Assembly: GCA_963798845.1 (NCBI GenBank)
Contig: CAWCUS010000002.1
Location: forward strand, 96,001-160,000
DNA length: 64,000 nucleotides
Source: an uncultured Gemmatimonadales bacterium
GTDB taxonomy: Bacteria; Gemmatimonadota; Gemmatimonadetes; Longimicrobiales; RSA9
Direction: 5' to 3'
Program-made: the position numbers and the translations under genes
In this document: positions 52,999 to 62,891 of the stretch, in pieces
Numbering within the stretch: position 1 is the first letter of the stretch
Layout: each line of letters starts with the position of its first letter
Notes under the pieces: generated by a model
What the model was told of the DNA's origin: nothing
Seen by the model: the letters and a program-made list of their open reading frames with translations, nothing else
Databases searched by the model: none

Positions 52999-53818
52999 AT
53001 GACGATCCGATCCGCCCTGGCCGCCGCTCTCCTTCTTTCCGCTTCCGCCTGCGCGGGAGGCACGGCGGGCGCGCCCGGCCGGACCGGCGCCCGGGATGAC
53101 GGCGAGGGGCGTCCCCGGGTTCGACACCCGCGACTACCCCGGCGAGGATGCCCTCACACGCTGGCGCGAGCAGTCCCCCTATCGGTGGGTCGGGTTCTAC
53201 CTCGCCGCGCCCTGCTACACCGGCACCAGCTGGCAGGGGAAGCGCACACGCCTCGAGGCAATGGGGTGGGGCCTCGCCGTGATCTTCGTGGGAGAGCAGG
53301 ACTGGCCCCAGCACGTGGGCCCCACCCCCGACAGCGAGGCCACCGCGCCTTCGTGCACGCGCGGCAACGTCTCACCGCAGAAGGGTAGCGCCGACGGCGC
53401 GGCCGCCGTCCGTGCCGCCGCCGCCGAGGGGTTCCCGGACTCCACCGTCGTATACCTCGATGTCGAGCGAGTGGACAGCGTCGCCGATCCCCTGGTGGCC
53501 TACGTGCACGCATGGGCGGAGGCGCTCCTTGCGGACGGGCGATTCCTCCCCGGGCTGTACGCCCACGCGGGCAACGCGCCACGGCTCCTCGACGCGGTCG
53601 AGGATGCCTTCGGTGCCGCAGGCCGCACCGGGCCGCCGAGCCTCTGGCTGGTGGACACCACCGGTTTCAACCTGCGTCGCGCCCCGGCCGAGTCCGGCTT
53701 CCCGGACGCTCGGGTATGGCAGGGCCGCCTCGACGTCCGGGAGTCGTGGGGCGGCATCGAGCTGCCCATCGACGTCAACGTCGCGGCGTCGAGCGCACCA
53801 TCGCAGGGAGGAGGCTGA
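52999..53818 (+). CDS. DUF1906 (Rv2525c-like glycoside hydrolase) lipoprotein, +1 frameshift near 53074-53076
   Basis: Lipoprotein signal MTIRSALAAALLLSASAC in one frame; GFDT..YPG, WVGFYL, IFVG.Q, VYLDVE, VWQG, IDVN in the next frame. Confidence 0.8.
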
Positions 53819-53914
53819 GCCAGGGGACATCGCGACCCCCCGGGCCCCATCCCCGCTCCGGATGGAGGCCTGCCCCGCAGCCCGTGCTCCGGAGCAGGCC
53901 TCCCGCAACGCCCG

Positions 53915-54475
53915 CTACTGCCTCACCGTCTGGGCTTCGATCTCGATACGCACCTCGTTGCCCACGAGCAGGCCGCCGGTCTCCAGCGCCTGGTTCCACT
54001 TCAGGCCGAAATCACGCCGGTCGACAGTCGTCTGCGCGCTGAACGCGGCCCGCTCACCGCCCCACGGGTCCTGGTTCGTGCCACCGAACACCGCGTCCAG
54101 CGTCACCTCCTTCGTCACCCCGCGGATCGTCAGCTCCCCTACCACCTCGAAACGGCTTCCCGGCTCCAGCGCCGCGCCCTTCACCCGAGTGCTCACGAAC
54201 CGGATCTCCGGGTACTCCTCGGCGTCCAGGAAGTCCGCCGAGCGCAGGTGCGCATCCCGGTCCTCCGTCCCCGTATCGATGCTCGCCGCCCCGATCTCCA
54301 CCTCCACACGGCTCGCCCCGGGGTCGTCCACGTCGAGCTCCACCGCTCCCGTCACGTCCGGGAACTGGCCTCGCACCTTCGTGATCATCATGTGCTTCAC
54401 CGTGAACTCGACCTGCGAGTGTGCCGGGTCGATCTCCCACGTCGTGGTTCCCACGGTCATCTGAGTATCACCCAT
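53915..54475 (-). CDS. yceI: YceI family lipid/isoprenoid-binding protein
   Basis: WEIDPAHS.V.F.VKHMM, SIDT...RD.HLRS.DF, G.LTIRGVT, R.DFGL.WN. Confidence 0.93.
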   Translation of the reverse strand: MGDTQMTVGTTTWEIDPAHSQVEFTVKHMMITKVRGQFPDVTGAVELDVDDPGASRVEVEIGAASIDTGTEDRDAHLRSADFLDAEEYPEIRFVSTRVKGAALEPGSRFEVVGELTIRGVTKEVTLDAVFGGTNQDPWGGERAAFSAQTTVDRRDFGLKWNQALETGGLLVGNEVRIEIEAQTVRQ

Positions 54476-54500
54476 CGTGCCCTCCAAGCTAGGATCAAAG

Positions 54501-54519
54501 ATTCTCTGTTTCGAGATAA
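54501..54519 (-). promoter_or_regulatory. Putative MarR operator upstream of yceI
   Basis: Minus strand TTATCTCGAAACAGAGAAT matches the site upstream of marR. Confidence 0.65.
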
Positions 54520-54555
54520 CTACCGAAAAAAAACCCGTCGAACGAACGGCCCGTT

Positions 54556-55107
54556 TCATCCCCCGGCCGGGCTGGCCGGCTCGCCCGCGCGCCTCGTGAG
54601 GGTCCCGGCGGCGCCGGAATCCGGTGCGCGGAACCCCGTGCGCGGGGCCATGCGCCCGGCGTCGCCCGGCAGCGGTCGCCGCTCGGCGCCCAGTCCCAGG
54701 CGCTTCAACAGATCGGCCGCCTCCGCCTTCTCGGCGGCCGTGAGCTCGCCCTGCGCCGTCGTCAGCGCGGCTGCGTGCTCGGGGAAGATGCGGTCCAGCA
54801 GCTCCTCGCCCTCTGCCGTCAGCTCGGCGTACACCGCGCGACGATCCTCCGGGCACGGGCGACGTCGCACGAACCCCTTCCGCTCGAGACGGTCGATCAC
54901 GTAGGTGATGCCGCCGCTCGACTTGAGCACCGCGCGCTGGAGTGCGCCCACCAGGAGCGGTCCCTTGTGGTACAGCGCCTCGAGTGCCGCGAAGTCGGCC
55001 AGGGAGAGTCCATGGCGCGCCACGTCCGCCTCGGCATGGGCCGTGAGGCTGGCGTGAGTGCGGCTCAGGATCACCCAGAGCCGGAGAGCTGTCTGGCAGT
55101 CGTCCAC
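54556..55107 (-). CDS. MarR family regulator (MhqR-like)
   Basis: LWVILSR, GLS...F..LEALYHKGP, SSGGITYVIDRLE.KG, DRR...AELT..G, FPEH. Confidence 0.9.
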   Translation of the reverse strand: MDDCQTALRLWVILSRTHASLTAHAEADVARHGLSLADFAALEALYHKGPLLVGALQRAVLKSSGGITYVIDRLERKGFVRRRPCPEDRRAVYAELTAEGEELLDRIFPEHAAALTTAQGELTAAEKAEAADLLKRLGLGAERRPLPGDAGRMAPRTGFRAPDSGAAGTLTRRAGEPASPAGG

Positions 55108-55122
55108 CGGACCTCCCGCGGT

Positions 55123-55144
55123 ATTATCTCGAACCAAAGATAAT
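55123..55144. promoter_or_regulatory. Putative MarR autoregulatory operator
   Basis: Inverted repeat ATTATCT-CGAACCAA-AGATAAT in AT-rich patch just upstream of marR. Confidence 0.75.
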
Positions 55145-55234
55145 CCGTCCGGGCGGGTCGGTCAAGGGGCGGGGCAGAGGAAGGAGAGACGGGCCCGGGT
55201 GGTGCAGTCGGCGCGGGTCTCCAATGTTGAGCGC

Positions 55235-55912
55235 ATGGAGAACGATTTCTGGGAGGATCCGGAGCGGGTGGCGCGGTTCGGGGAGCGTGAGCCGGACCAC
55301 CGGCTGAAGGCGCTGGCGGAGGAGTACGCCGAGCCGGCGTCGACGCGTGTGCTGGACCTGGGGTGCGCGGGTGGTCGGAACACCGTGATGCTGGCGCGTC
55401 TTGGGTTCGACGTACAGGCGCTGGACGCGTCGCGGTCAATGGTGGAGCACACGCGGGCGCGCCTGGCGGAGGTCGTGGGGGAGGAGGAGGCGGAGTCGCG
55501 GGTGCGGCGGGGTCGCATGGACCGCCTGTCGGCCTACGGAGACGGGATCTTCGACGTCGTCGTGGCGCTCGGTGTGCATCACAGTGCCTCGACGCGGGAA
55601 GAATGGGAGCGTGCCGCGGACGAGCTGGCGCGGGTGGTGGCGCCGGGAGGGACGGTGCTCTTCAACCAGTTCACGCCGGAGGTGGACCTGACGGGCCGCG
55701 GCGTCCGGCCGGTCGCGGGGGAGCCGGGCGTGTACGAGGGCATGCCGTCGGGACGTGGGGTGCTGCTGACTGCGGCCGAGCTGGACCGTGCGATGGCGGC
55801 GCGGGGGCTTTTTCCCCGGGTGCCCAGCGAGACCGTTCGAGTGCAGCTCGAGGAGGGTCGTCGGGTGAGCGTGAACGCGCTGTACGAGAAGGTCGGCCCC
55901 GGGGCCGGATGA
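55235..55912 (+). CDS. Class I SAM-dependent methyltransferase
   Basis: VLDLGCAGGRN, ALDAS, FDVVV.LGVHH, PGG. Confidence 0.88.
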   Translation: MENDFWEDPERVARFGEREPDHRLKALAEEYAEPASTRVLDLGCAGGRNTVMLARLGFDVQALDASRSMVEHTRARLAEVVGEEEAESRVRRGRMDRLSAYGDGIFDVVVALGVHHSASTREEWERAADELARVVAPGGTVLFNQFTPEVDLTGRGVRPVAGEPGVYEGMPSGRGVLLTAAELDRAMAARGLFPRVPSETVRVQLEEGRRVSVNALYEKVGPGAG

Positions 55913-56210
55913 CCTACCCCCGGCCGCGTCGAAGGGCTCCGGGTGGCTGAGCTCCGCTTCGTGGTTTCCGGTCAGGTCAGCAGGTGGAGTGAATGAGCGC
56001 GCCGACCGGCCAGAGCTTGGCGTCCTTGAAGACGCGCCCGTCCGCCAGCTCGATCCGGCCCCAGGCGTCGGAGACAATGCGGGGGGAACGCGCGTGCGGG
56101 CTCAGGTCTTCACGATGCGTGAGCGGGCCGGCAGGCTCAAGGGGGCACCCTCTTTCACGCTACTTGCGTCGTGGGATCCACCTCAGCCCCATCACCGGCG
56201 GAGGTGAGTG

Positions 56211-57194
56211 ATGCGTCCGGACGGAGACACCCTGAAGCGCGGGGCCATGGCGGGCGTGCTGGCCGCCACTGCAGTGGCCGGCTGGTTCCTCCTGGTCGAC
56301 ATCCTGGCCGGGCAGCCGCTCCACACCCCGAACTATCTCGCCGCCGCCGTGCTCGGGCCGGAACGCGTCGGCACGGGGCTCACTGCGGCCACCGTCCTGT
56401 ACACCGTGTTCCACTACTTCGTCTTCACGGCCCTCGGCATCGCCGCGGCGGCGGCCCTGCGCCGCGTCGGCCGCATCCCGGCTCTGCTGCTCGGCCTCGC
56501 GTTGGGGTTCGTCCTTTTCGATGTGATGTTCTACGCCGGCCTGCTCGTGAACGGGGCGAACGTGCTGGATGAGCTCGGCTGGCCGCAGGTGCTGGTCGCG
56601 AACGTGCTCGCGGGCGTCGTGTTCATGGGCGTCCTCGCGGCCACGGGCGTGGTCACGGAGCTCGACTGGGGGGCGGTGCTGCGCAGGCACCGTGCAGTGC
56701 GGGAAGGGATCGCCGCCGGGCTCATCGGCGCCGCCGCGGTGGCGGTTGTGTTCTTCATCTTCGACGCCGCTTCGGGCCGCCTCCTCTTCACGCCCGCGGC
56801 GCTCGGCTCGGCGCTTTTCCACGGCGCCCGCGAGGCCGCGGCAGTACAGGCGGACGCTGCCACCATCGTGGCGTACACCGCGGTCCACGTCGCCGCGTTC
56901 CTCGTGGTCGGGTTGGTCGCCGCGGGTCTGGCCGCCGAAGCGGAACGTGAGCCGCCGGTCGTGCTGGGGATCTTCCTCCTGTTCATCACCTACGAGACCC
57001 TGTTCGTCGGGCTGCTCGCCATCTTTGCCGACTGGCTGCTCGCCTCCCTCCCGTGGTGGAGCGTCGCGGCCGGGAACATCCTTTCGGCGATGGCCATGGG
57101 CGTGTATCTGTGGCGGGCGCACCCGGCGCTCGGGGCGGCGCTACGCGAGAAGGACCGGGCGCTGGAAGCGCCCTCCCCGGCCCCCCGCCGCTAG
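56211..57194 (+). CDS. Hypothetical membrane protein with two homologous halves
   Basis: G..AG...A.AVA..F...D...G..L.TP..L and YT..H motifs occur in both halves. Confidence 0.75.
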   Translation: MRPDGDTLKRGAMAGVLAATAVAGWFLLVDILAGQPLHTPNYLAAAVLGPERVGTGLTAATVLYTVFHYFVFTALGIAAAAALRRVGRIPALLLGLALGFVLFDVMFYAGLLVNGANVLDELGWPQVLVANVLAGVVFMGVLAATGVVTELDWGAVLRRHRAVREGIAAGLIGAAAVAVVFFIFDAASGRLLFTPAALGSALFHGAREAAAVQADAATIVAYTAVHVAAFLVVGLVAAGLAAEAEREPPVVLGIFLLFITYETLFVGLLAIFADWLLASLPWWSVAAGNILSAMAMGVYLWRAHPALGAALREKDRALEAPSPAPRR

Positions 57195-58108
57195 GACCCC
57201 GCTTCGCCGGCCAGGATTTGGTCGACTTCCCGCAGGTCGTCCTCGTCGAGGGGCCAGGCCGCGACCGCCGACGCGTTGGACCGCGCCTGCTCCGGCCGGG
57301 TCGCCCCGGCGATGACCGAGGCCACCACGTGGTGGGCGGCCAGCCACGCGAACGCGAGCTCAAGGAGCGTGTGGCCGCGCTCTTCGGCGAACACCGCCAG
57401 GCGGTCCACCGTGTCCAGGCGCTCGTCCGTGAGCCGATCGCTCCGGCCGCCGCTGGTCAGACGGGTGCCCTCCGGCATCGGCCGCCCCTTGCGGTACTTG
57501 CCGGTGAGCAGCCCGCTCGCGAGAGGGAAGAAGGGGATGAGCGCCAGGTCACGGCGGGCGCACTCGTCCAGGACTCCGCTCTCCGGCTCGCGGGACAGAA
57601 GGCTGTACTCGTTCTGCACGCTGACGAAGCGCACACCCGCCTCCTCGGCGGCCGCGTCCGCTTCCCGGATCTGGGCGACGGAGAAATTGGAGCACCCGAC
57701 AGCCCTCACCTTGCCGGCGTCCACCAGCTCTCTGAGCGCGCCTAGCGTGGCGACGATCGGGACGGACGGGTCCGGCTTGTGGAGCTGGTAGAGGTCAATG
57801 CGGTCGAAGCCCAGCCGTCGCAGGCTGGCGTCAGCGGCCTCGCGCACCGCGTCCGGGGCGGCGCCCTCCCTCCAGCCGAACTTCGTGGCGACGACCGCGC
57901 GCTGTCGTCGTCCGCGCAGCGCCCGGCCGAGATACTCCTCGCTGCGCCCGTCGCCGTACGAGTTGGCGGTATCGAAGAAGTCGATCCCCGCGTCCAGGGC
58001 CGCGTGGACCACGTCGGCGGTGGCCGCGCCGTCCAGGCGCGTGCCGAAGTTGTTGCAACCAAGCCCGACGACGGTGACGTCGAGGGTCCCGATGGAGCGG
58101 CGTTCCAT
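57191..58108 (-). CDS. Aldo/keto reductase
   Basis: GLGCNNFG, FDTANSY, ATKFG, IDLYQLH, GCSNF, QNEYSLL, PLASGLLTGKY. Confidence 0.95.
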   Translation of the reverse strand: MERRSIGTLDVTVVGLGCNNFGTRLDGAATADVVHAALDAGIDFFDTANSYGDGRSEEYLGRALRGRRQRAVVATKFGWREGAAPDAVREAADASLRRLGFDRIDLYQLHKPDPSVPIVATLGALRELVDAGKVRAVGCSNFSVAQIREADAAAEEAGVRFVSVQNEYSLLSREPESGVLDECARRDLALIPFFPLASGLLTGKYRKGRPMPEGTRLTSGGRSDRLTDERLDTVDRLAVFAEERGHTLLELAFAWLAAHHVVASVIAGATRPEQARSNASAVAAWPLDEDDLREVDQILAGEAGS

Positions 58109-58251
58109 GCATTCCCTCCGGTCCGGGTTCGCGACAGTGTTCCGGGGGCGGCTGGCACCCGGCTCCCTCCGTGCGCATCATCCAAGCCGGATTGCGGTTT
58201 CCGCAGCAGGCGAGAACCGCATGATCGGACGGCCGTGGACAGGAGCGTGAC

Positions 58252-59196
58252 GTGGCCGATTTCGCCGTGGAGACCGTGGAGCTCGGGAAGCGGTTCGGGG
58301 ACGTACGGGCGGTGGAAGCCCTCGACCTGCGCGTCCGGCGCGGCGAGATCTACGGCTTTCTCGGGCTGAACGGGGCGGGCAAGTCCACGACGATCCGGAT
58401 GCTCCTTGCGATGATCGCCCCCAGCGCCGGAACCGCGTCACTGCTGGGCGAGCCGGTGCGGCCGGGCGCGGGCCGCCTGTGGCTGCGCGTGGGGCACCTG
58501 GTGGAGTCGGCGGTGGCGTACCCGGAGCTGACGGTGCGGGAGAACCTCGAGGTGTCGGCTCGCCTGACGGCGGTCCGCGACGCCCGGGCGGTGTCACGCC
58601 GGATCGAGGAGCTGGCGCTGGCGCCGTACGCGGATCGACGGGCGAGGACGCTGTCACGGGGGAACCTGCAGCGGCTGGCGCTGGCGCGCGCCCTCCTGGG
58701 TGACCCGGACCTCCTGGTGCTGGACGAGCCGGCGAACGGGCTGGATCCTGCCGGCGTCGTGGAGGTGCGCGAGCTCCTGCGCAGCCTCGCCCGGGACGCC
58801 GGCGTCACGGTTTTCATGTCCAGCCACCACCTTGCCGAAGTGGACCGCCTGGCCACGCGCATCGGCATCGTCCACGGTGGCCGCCTCGTCGAGGAGATGG
58901 GCACGGCCGAGATGGAGGCGAAGCGGGACCGCCGACTGGAGGTGGGCTCGCGCGACCCGGACGCTGCGGCCGCTGCGCTCGAGGGAGCCGGCTTCGGGCC
59001 GGTGGTCCGTGGGGGTCAACCCGGAGGCGGGGGTCGAATCCTGGAGCTGCGCGCCAGGCGGGCCGTGGACGCGCCTGACGAGGTGGCGCGCGCGCTCGTG
59101 ACGGCGGGAACGGCGCCCACCCGTCTGGCCGTCGTGCAGGAGGACCTGGAACAGCATTTCCTCCGTCTGACGCGGGATGCGGGAGGGGTGGCGTGA
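58252..59196 (+). CDS. ABC transporter ATP-binding protein (peptide-antibiotic resistance BcrA-like)
   Basis: GLNGAGKST, LSRGN.QRL, LDEPANGLDP, SSHHL. Confidence 0.92.
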   Translation: MADFAVETVELGKRFGDVRAVEALDLRVRRGEIYGFLGLNGAGKSTTIRMLLAMIAPSAGTASLLGEPVRPGAGRLWLRVGHLVESAVAYPELTVRENLEVSARLTAVRDARAVSRRIEELALAPYADRRARTLSRGNLQRLALARALLGDPDLLVLDEPANGLDPAGVVEVRELLRSLARDAGVTVFMSSHHLAEVDRLATRIGIVHGGRLVEEMGTAEMEAKRDRRLEVGSRDPDAAAAALEGAGFGPVVRGGQPGGGGRILELRARRAVDAPDEVARALVTAGTAPTRLAVVQEDLEQHFLRLTRDAGGVA

Positions 59197-59981
59197 GCGG
59201 ATACGGCGCGGCGCTCGCCGCCGAGACGGTGAAGGCGAGGCGCGCCCGCGTCCTCTGGATCCTCATGGGCGGCTTCTCGATCGCACCGCTGGCGGGCGGG
59301 TTGTTCATGGTGATCCTGAAGGACCCCGATCGGGCCAGGCAGATGGGGCTGATCGGGCAGAAGGCGCAGATCGTGGCGGGAACCGCCGACTGGCCTGCAT
59401 TCCTCGCCCTCCTGGCGCAGAGCGTGGCGGGCGGAGGCCTGATCATCTTCGCGTTCGCCACCGCCTGGATCTTCGGCCGGGAGTTCTCGGACCGCACGGT
59501 TCGCACGCTGCTGGCGCTTCCCACTTCACGGCGGGCCATCGTGGCCGCGAAGGCGACGGTGGCGGCGACGGTGTGCTCCGCAATGGCGGTCTGGGTGTTC
59601 GTTCTCGGTGTGGCCGTGGGCGGCGTAGTGGGGCTGCCCGGCTGGTCGCCGCGGCTCCTGGCCGCGAGCGCCGCGACCATCCTCCTCGTGGCCGGCGCCA
59701 CCATTGCCCTCCAGAGCGTGACGGCGTTCCTGGCCAGTGCGGGACGCGGCTACCTGGCCCCGATCGGCTGGACCTTCTTCTCCCTCGTCCTGGCCAACAT
59801 GCTCGGGGTCCTCGGCCGGGGTGGCTGGTTCCCGTGGGCGGTGCCGATGCTGTACACCGGCGTGGCAGGGCCGGAAGGGGAGGCCGTGGGTGTGGGGAGC
59901 TTCGTACTGCTGGGAGCGACGTCCGTCGCCGGTCTCATCGCCACCTTCACGTGGTGGGACAGGGCGGACCAGGCCGGATGA
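59193..59981 (+). CDS. ABC-2 type permease
   Basis: AE..K.RR, WIFGREFSDRT..LL..P, PW; GTGA overlap. Confidence 0.88.
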   Translation: MSGYGAALAAETVKARRARVLWILMGGFSIAPLAGGLFMVILKDPDRARQMGLIGQKAQIVAGTADWPAFLALLAQSVAGGGLIIFAFATAWIFGREFSDRTVRTLLALPTSRRAIVAAKATVAATVCSAMAVWVFVLGVAVGGVVGLPGWSPRLLAASAATILLVAGATIALQSVTAFLASAGRGYLAPIGWTFFSLVLANMLGVLGRGGWFPWAVPMLYTGVAGPEGEAVGVGSFVLLGATSVAGLIATFTWWDRADQAG

Positions 59982-60277
59982 CGCGGCGGCTCACGTCCCG
60001 GCGGACGGCGCCGCCACCCCGCGGGCGAACGCCGCCAGCTCGCCCATCGTGTCCAGGCGGTGCACGGTCGAGGGGCGGCGGCGAAGTAGACGTGCTTCTG
60101 CATGGATTCGGGCACGTGTCGGCAGCGCTGGGCAAGGAGGATCGGCGCGGCTTCCTGGAGGCGGTGGAGGAGTACCGCAGGGGGGCAGTGCCGCTGGAGG
60201 CGCCGCTGGCGCTGCTGCGCTCGTGGGCGAGGGAGGGCGCTTCGTCGTGGCTGGCGGCGCAGACCTACCTGGCGTGA
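59978..60277 (+). CDS. Small hypothetical protein
   Basis: 4-bp overlaps on both sides (ATGA and GTGA); no recognisable domain. Confidence 0.4.
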   Translation: MTRRLTSRRTAPPPRGRTPPARPSCPGGARSRGGGEVDVLLHGFGHVSAALGKEDRRGFLEAVEEYRRGAVPLEAPLALLRSWAREGASSWLAAQTYLA

Positions 60278-60771
60278 GCGCGCCGGTGCTGCGGAACCGG
60301 GAGCACGTGCTGCGGACGCGGATGACGCTGCCGCTGTCGCCCGACGAGGTGTTCCCGTTCTTCGCGGAAGCGAAGAACCTGGAGCGAATCACGCCGCGGG
60401 AGCTTGGATTCCGGATCATGTCGCCGGTGCCGGTGGCGATGGGGCAGGGGGCGAGGATCGACTACCGGCTGTCGCTGTTCGGCGTGCCGTTCGCCTGGAA
60501 CACGGAGATCACGACGTGGCGGCCGCCGCACGAGTTCGTCGACAGGCAGGTGAGGGGCCCGTACGCGCAGTGGGTCCACCGCCACCGCTTTCGCGCGACG
60601 CCCTCGGGCACGGAGATCGAGGACGAGGTGCGCTATCGTCTGCCCGTGCCGCTGCTGGGGGAGGTGGCCCATCCGCTGGTGCGGCTCCAGCTCCGCCGCA
60701 TCTTCCGGCACCGGCAGGCGAGCATCCGGGCGATCCTGGTTGACGGGGCGAGAGGCCACGAGGTAGCGTAG
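60274..60771 (+). CDS. SRPBCC family protein
   Basis: VFPFF....NLERITP, IDYRL, W..EIT.W.PP..FVD.Q..GPY..W.H.H. Confidence 0.88.
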   Translation: MSAPVLRNREHVLRTRMTLPLSPDEVFPFFAEAKNLERITPRELGFRIMSPVPVAMGQGARIDYRLSLFGVPFAWNTEITTWRPPHEFVDRQVRGPYAQWVHRHRFRATPSGTEIEDEVRYRLPVPLLGEVAHPLVRLQLRRIFRHRQASIRAILVDGARGHEVA

Positions 60772-60818
60772 GAATCTGGCGATGCCCCTCGTCGTTCATC
60801 TCACCGGAAGCGAACACC

Positions 60819-61421
60819 ATGCGCGTCGTCGAAGTCAGCCGCCGGCCGGACGAAACAGGCCACCGCGGCGGGCCGCTGCGCCTGGCCCGATCCATCGTCC
60901 TTGCCGCGGGCACCCTGGTCGCCGCCTGCGCCACCGGGTCTTCCGGCGCGTCGGAGCCGGCCGCCACCACGCGCACCGGCGTCGTCGTGCAGACGCCGGG
61001 GAGCTCCGACGCGTTCACGCTCACCCGGGACGCAAACATCTCCACCATGACGGTCCCGGCTTCGCCGGAATCCCTGTGGCCGGTGCTGGTCACGGCGTAC
61101 GGTGACGCAGGGCTCGACGTGAGCGGCGCCGACAGCGACCGCCGCATCCTGGTGAGCAGCGGAAGCCGCGTGCGGCGCATTGCCGGGGACCGGGTGGACC
61201 GGTTCTTCGACTGCCCCGGGACCGCCTACGGCAACACCGCCTCGAGCGGCGACGTCTATCCCCTGGTCCGGACGGAGCTCATCAGCGCCTCGGAAGGCGC
61301 CACCGTGGTCCGGATGCAGGTGGAGGCGGTCTCCGTCAGCAACACGGGCAACCGCGGCCAGTGCCGGAGCACAGGCCGGCTCGAGCGGATGCTGCGGGAC
61401 GCGCTCGTGGCCGGCCGCTGA
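60819..61421 (+). CDS. Hypothetical lipoprotein
   Basis: Lipobox LVAAC; FFDC...QCRSTGRLE Cys pair. Confidence 0.7.
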   Translation: MRVVEVSRRPDETGHRGGPLRLARSIVLAAGTLVAACATGSSGASEPAATTRTGVVVQTPGSSDAFTLTRDANISTMTVPASPESLWPVLVTAYGDAGLDVSGADSDRRILVSSGSRVRRIAGDRVDRFFDCPGTAYGNTASSGDVYPLVRTELISASEGATVVRMQVEAVSVSNTGNRGQCRSTGRLERMLRDALVAGR

Positions 61422-61430
61422 TCGCGGCGC

Positions 61431-62042
61431 CTACCGCCCGCCGAACTGATAGGCGAAGCCAATCCCGACCGCGGCGTACCCGACGCCGACGCTCACGGAC
61501 TCGCCGCCGAGGACGATATCGCCGGAGTACCCGCGGTAGCGGACGGCGGGCTGGATACGGAGTCCGCTCTCGCCGAGGGCAAGGTCGAGCCCGGCTCCTA
61601 CCTCGACCCCGAACGTCCGGTCGGACTCCACGGTGACGTCGGCCGTGCCGCCACTCACCTCGAGGCTGAACACGTCGTACAGTGCGCCGAAACGCACCCA
61701 CGGCGTGACCGGGGCGCTGGCGCCGAGCGGAATGGTGAAGCGCAGACCGCCGGTGAAGCCCGCGTCGCCGTACTGGCCGTCCATCCCCGGGTCATTCTCG
61801 TCGACGTCGAAGGTGAACTTGCCGTAGGCGGCGTAGATGCCGATCACCGGCGTGAGCTGGGCCAGTCCCTCCACCCCGAAGCCGGTCCCCGTCTTCGCGT
61901 CGCTGAGATCGTTGGACACGGGGAAGGCGAAGTCACCCCGGCCAGATATGGCGAATCCGACCGAGCCCTGGGCGGCGGCGGGCGAGGCGGCAAAGGACGT
62001 CGCAAGAACGAGCGCAGCGACCCGGGGAAGGTGTTTCGGCAC
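61431..62042 (-). CDS. Outer-membrane beta-barrel protein
   Basis: Signal peptide AAAQ; alternating amphipathic strands; near-terminal GFAYQF. Confidence 0.78.
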   Translation of the reverse strand: MPKHLPRVAALVLATSFAASPAAAQGSVGFAISGRGDFAFPVSNDLSDAKTGTGFGVEGLAQLTPVIGIYAAYGKFTFDVDENDPGMDGQYGDAGFTGGLRFTIPLGASAPVTPWVRFGALYDVFSLEVSGGTADVTVESDRTFGVEVGAGLDLALGESGLRIQPAVRYRGYSGDIVLGGESVSVGVGYAAVGIGFAYQFGGR

Positions 62043-62132
62043 GGGGACTCTCCGTCTCAGGGGGAACGGCAGCGTTCTTTCGCGACGTCAAGTTGGACCG
62101 GACCCGGCGCGGGGGCAATGTCGGCGTCGCCC

Positions 62133-62540
62133 TCACTCCGCCGGGCGCTCGCACAGGAGCATCCACGACGTGCCGAAGCGATCGCGCAGCATGGCGAAAC
62201 GCGCCGCGAAGAAGGTCTCCTCCATTTCCATGAAGACCTCGCCGCCTTCACGGAGAAGGCCGTATACGCGCTCCGCTTCCTCGGGGGTGCCCAGCGTCAG
62301 CGAGAGATACGCGCTCCGCATGGGCTGCGCGGACGGGATGTCCGCTCCCCGGAGGAGCATGCCCCCGATCTCGATCTGCGCGTGCAGGATGGCATCCCCC
62401 CACTCCGGCGGCATCTGCGAGCTCCCGGGCCCCTCGGAGTGCGTGGTCATCATGGTGATCTTCCCGCCGAGGTGCTGCTCGTAGAAGCGGAACGCGTCCG
62501 CGCAGGTGCCGGGATAGTTGACGTAGACGTCCAGCTTCAT
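62133..62540 (-). CDS. VOC/PhnB-like (glyoxalase superfamily) protein
   Basis: Y.NYPGTC..AF.FY, ILHA.I, ETFFA.RF.ML.DRFG.SWM. Confidence 0.88.
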   Translation of the reverse strand: MKLDVYVNYPGTCADAFRFYEQHLGGKITMMTTHSEGPGSSQMPPEWGDAILHAQIEIGGMLLRGADIPSAQPMRSAYLSLTLGTPEEAERVYGLLREGGEVFMEMEETFFAARFAMLRDRFGTSWMLLCERPAE

Positions 62541-62664
62541 GGTGTCTGCCGGTGGATCGTGTGGGTCGGAAATGACATGCCCGGACCTGCCTTCCGGACC
62601 GCCAGAGGCGGGCTTACGCGGAGAGGCCCCACGGCCACGGGGGCCGCGGGACCTCTCCGCCGAG

Positions 62665-62738
62665 TCGGGCAGGCCGGATTCGAACCGGCGACCCCCTGAA
62701 CCCCATTCAGGTGCGCTACCGGACTGCGCCACTGCCCG
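62665..62738 (-). tRNA. tRNA-Pro(GGG), CCA not encoded
   Basis: CGGGCAG acceptor stem, D arm GCGC-AGTCCGGTA-GCGC, anticodon arm CCTGA-ATGGGGT-TCAGG, T arm GCCGG-TTCGAAT-CCGGC. Confidence 0.95.
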
Positions 62739-62891
62739 ATGTGGTGTGCTGCGAGTGGGGAAGATAGTGCGGGACGGCGCCGGCTACAACCCGCTGCGGC
62801 AACGTGCGCGGCCCGTTCCCCGTGCGCGCGGCAGAGCGCTTGCGGTATCTTTCTGCGGTGATCGCGGACGGCAGCGGAGGGAAGGGCGGCC

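Noticed and set aside
62600..62760. tRNA-Pro as an integration site of a genomic island
   Set aside because: No integrase, no duplicated tRNA 3' end noticed, and no compositional shift.
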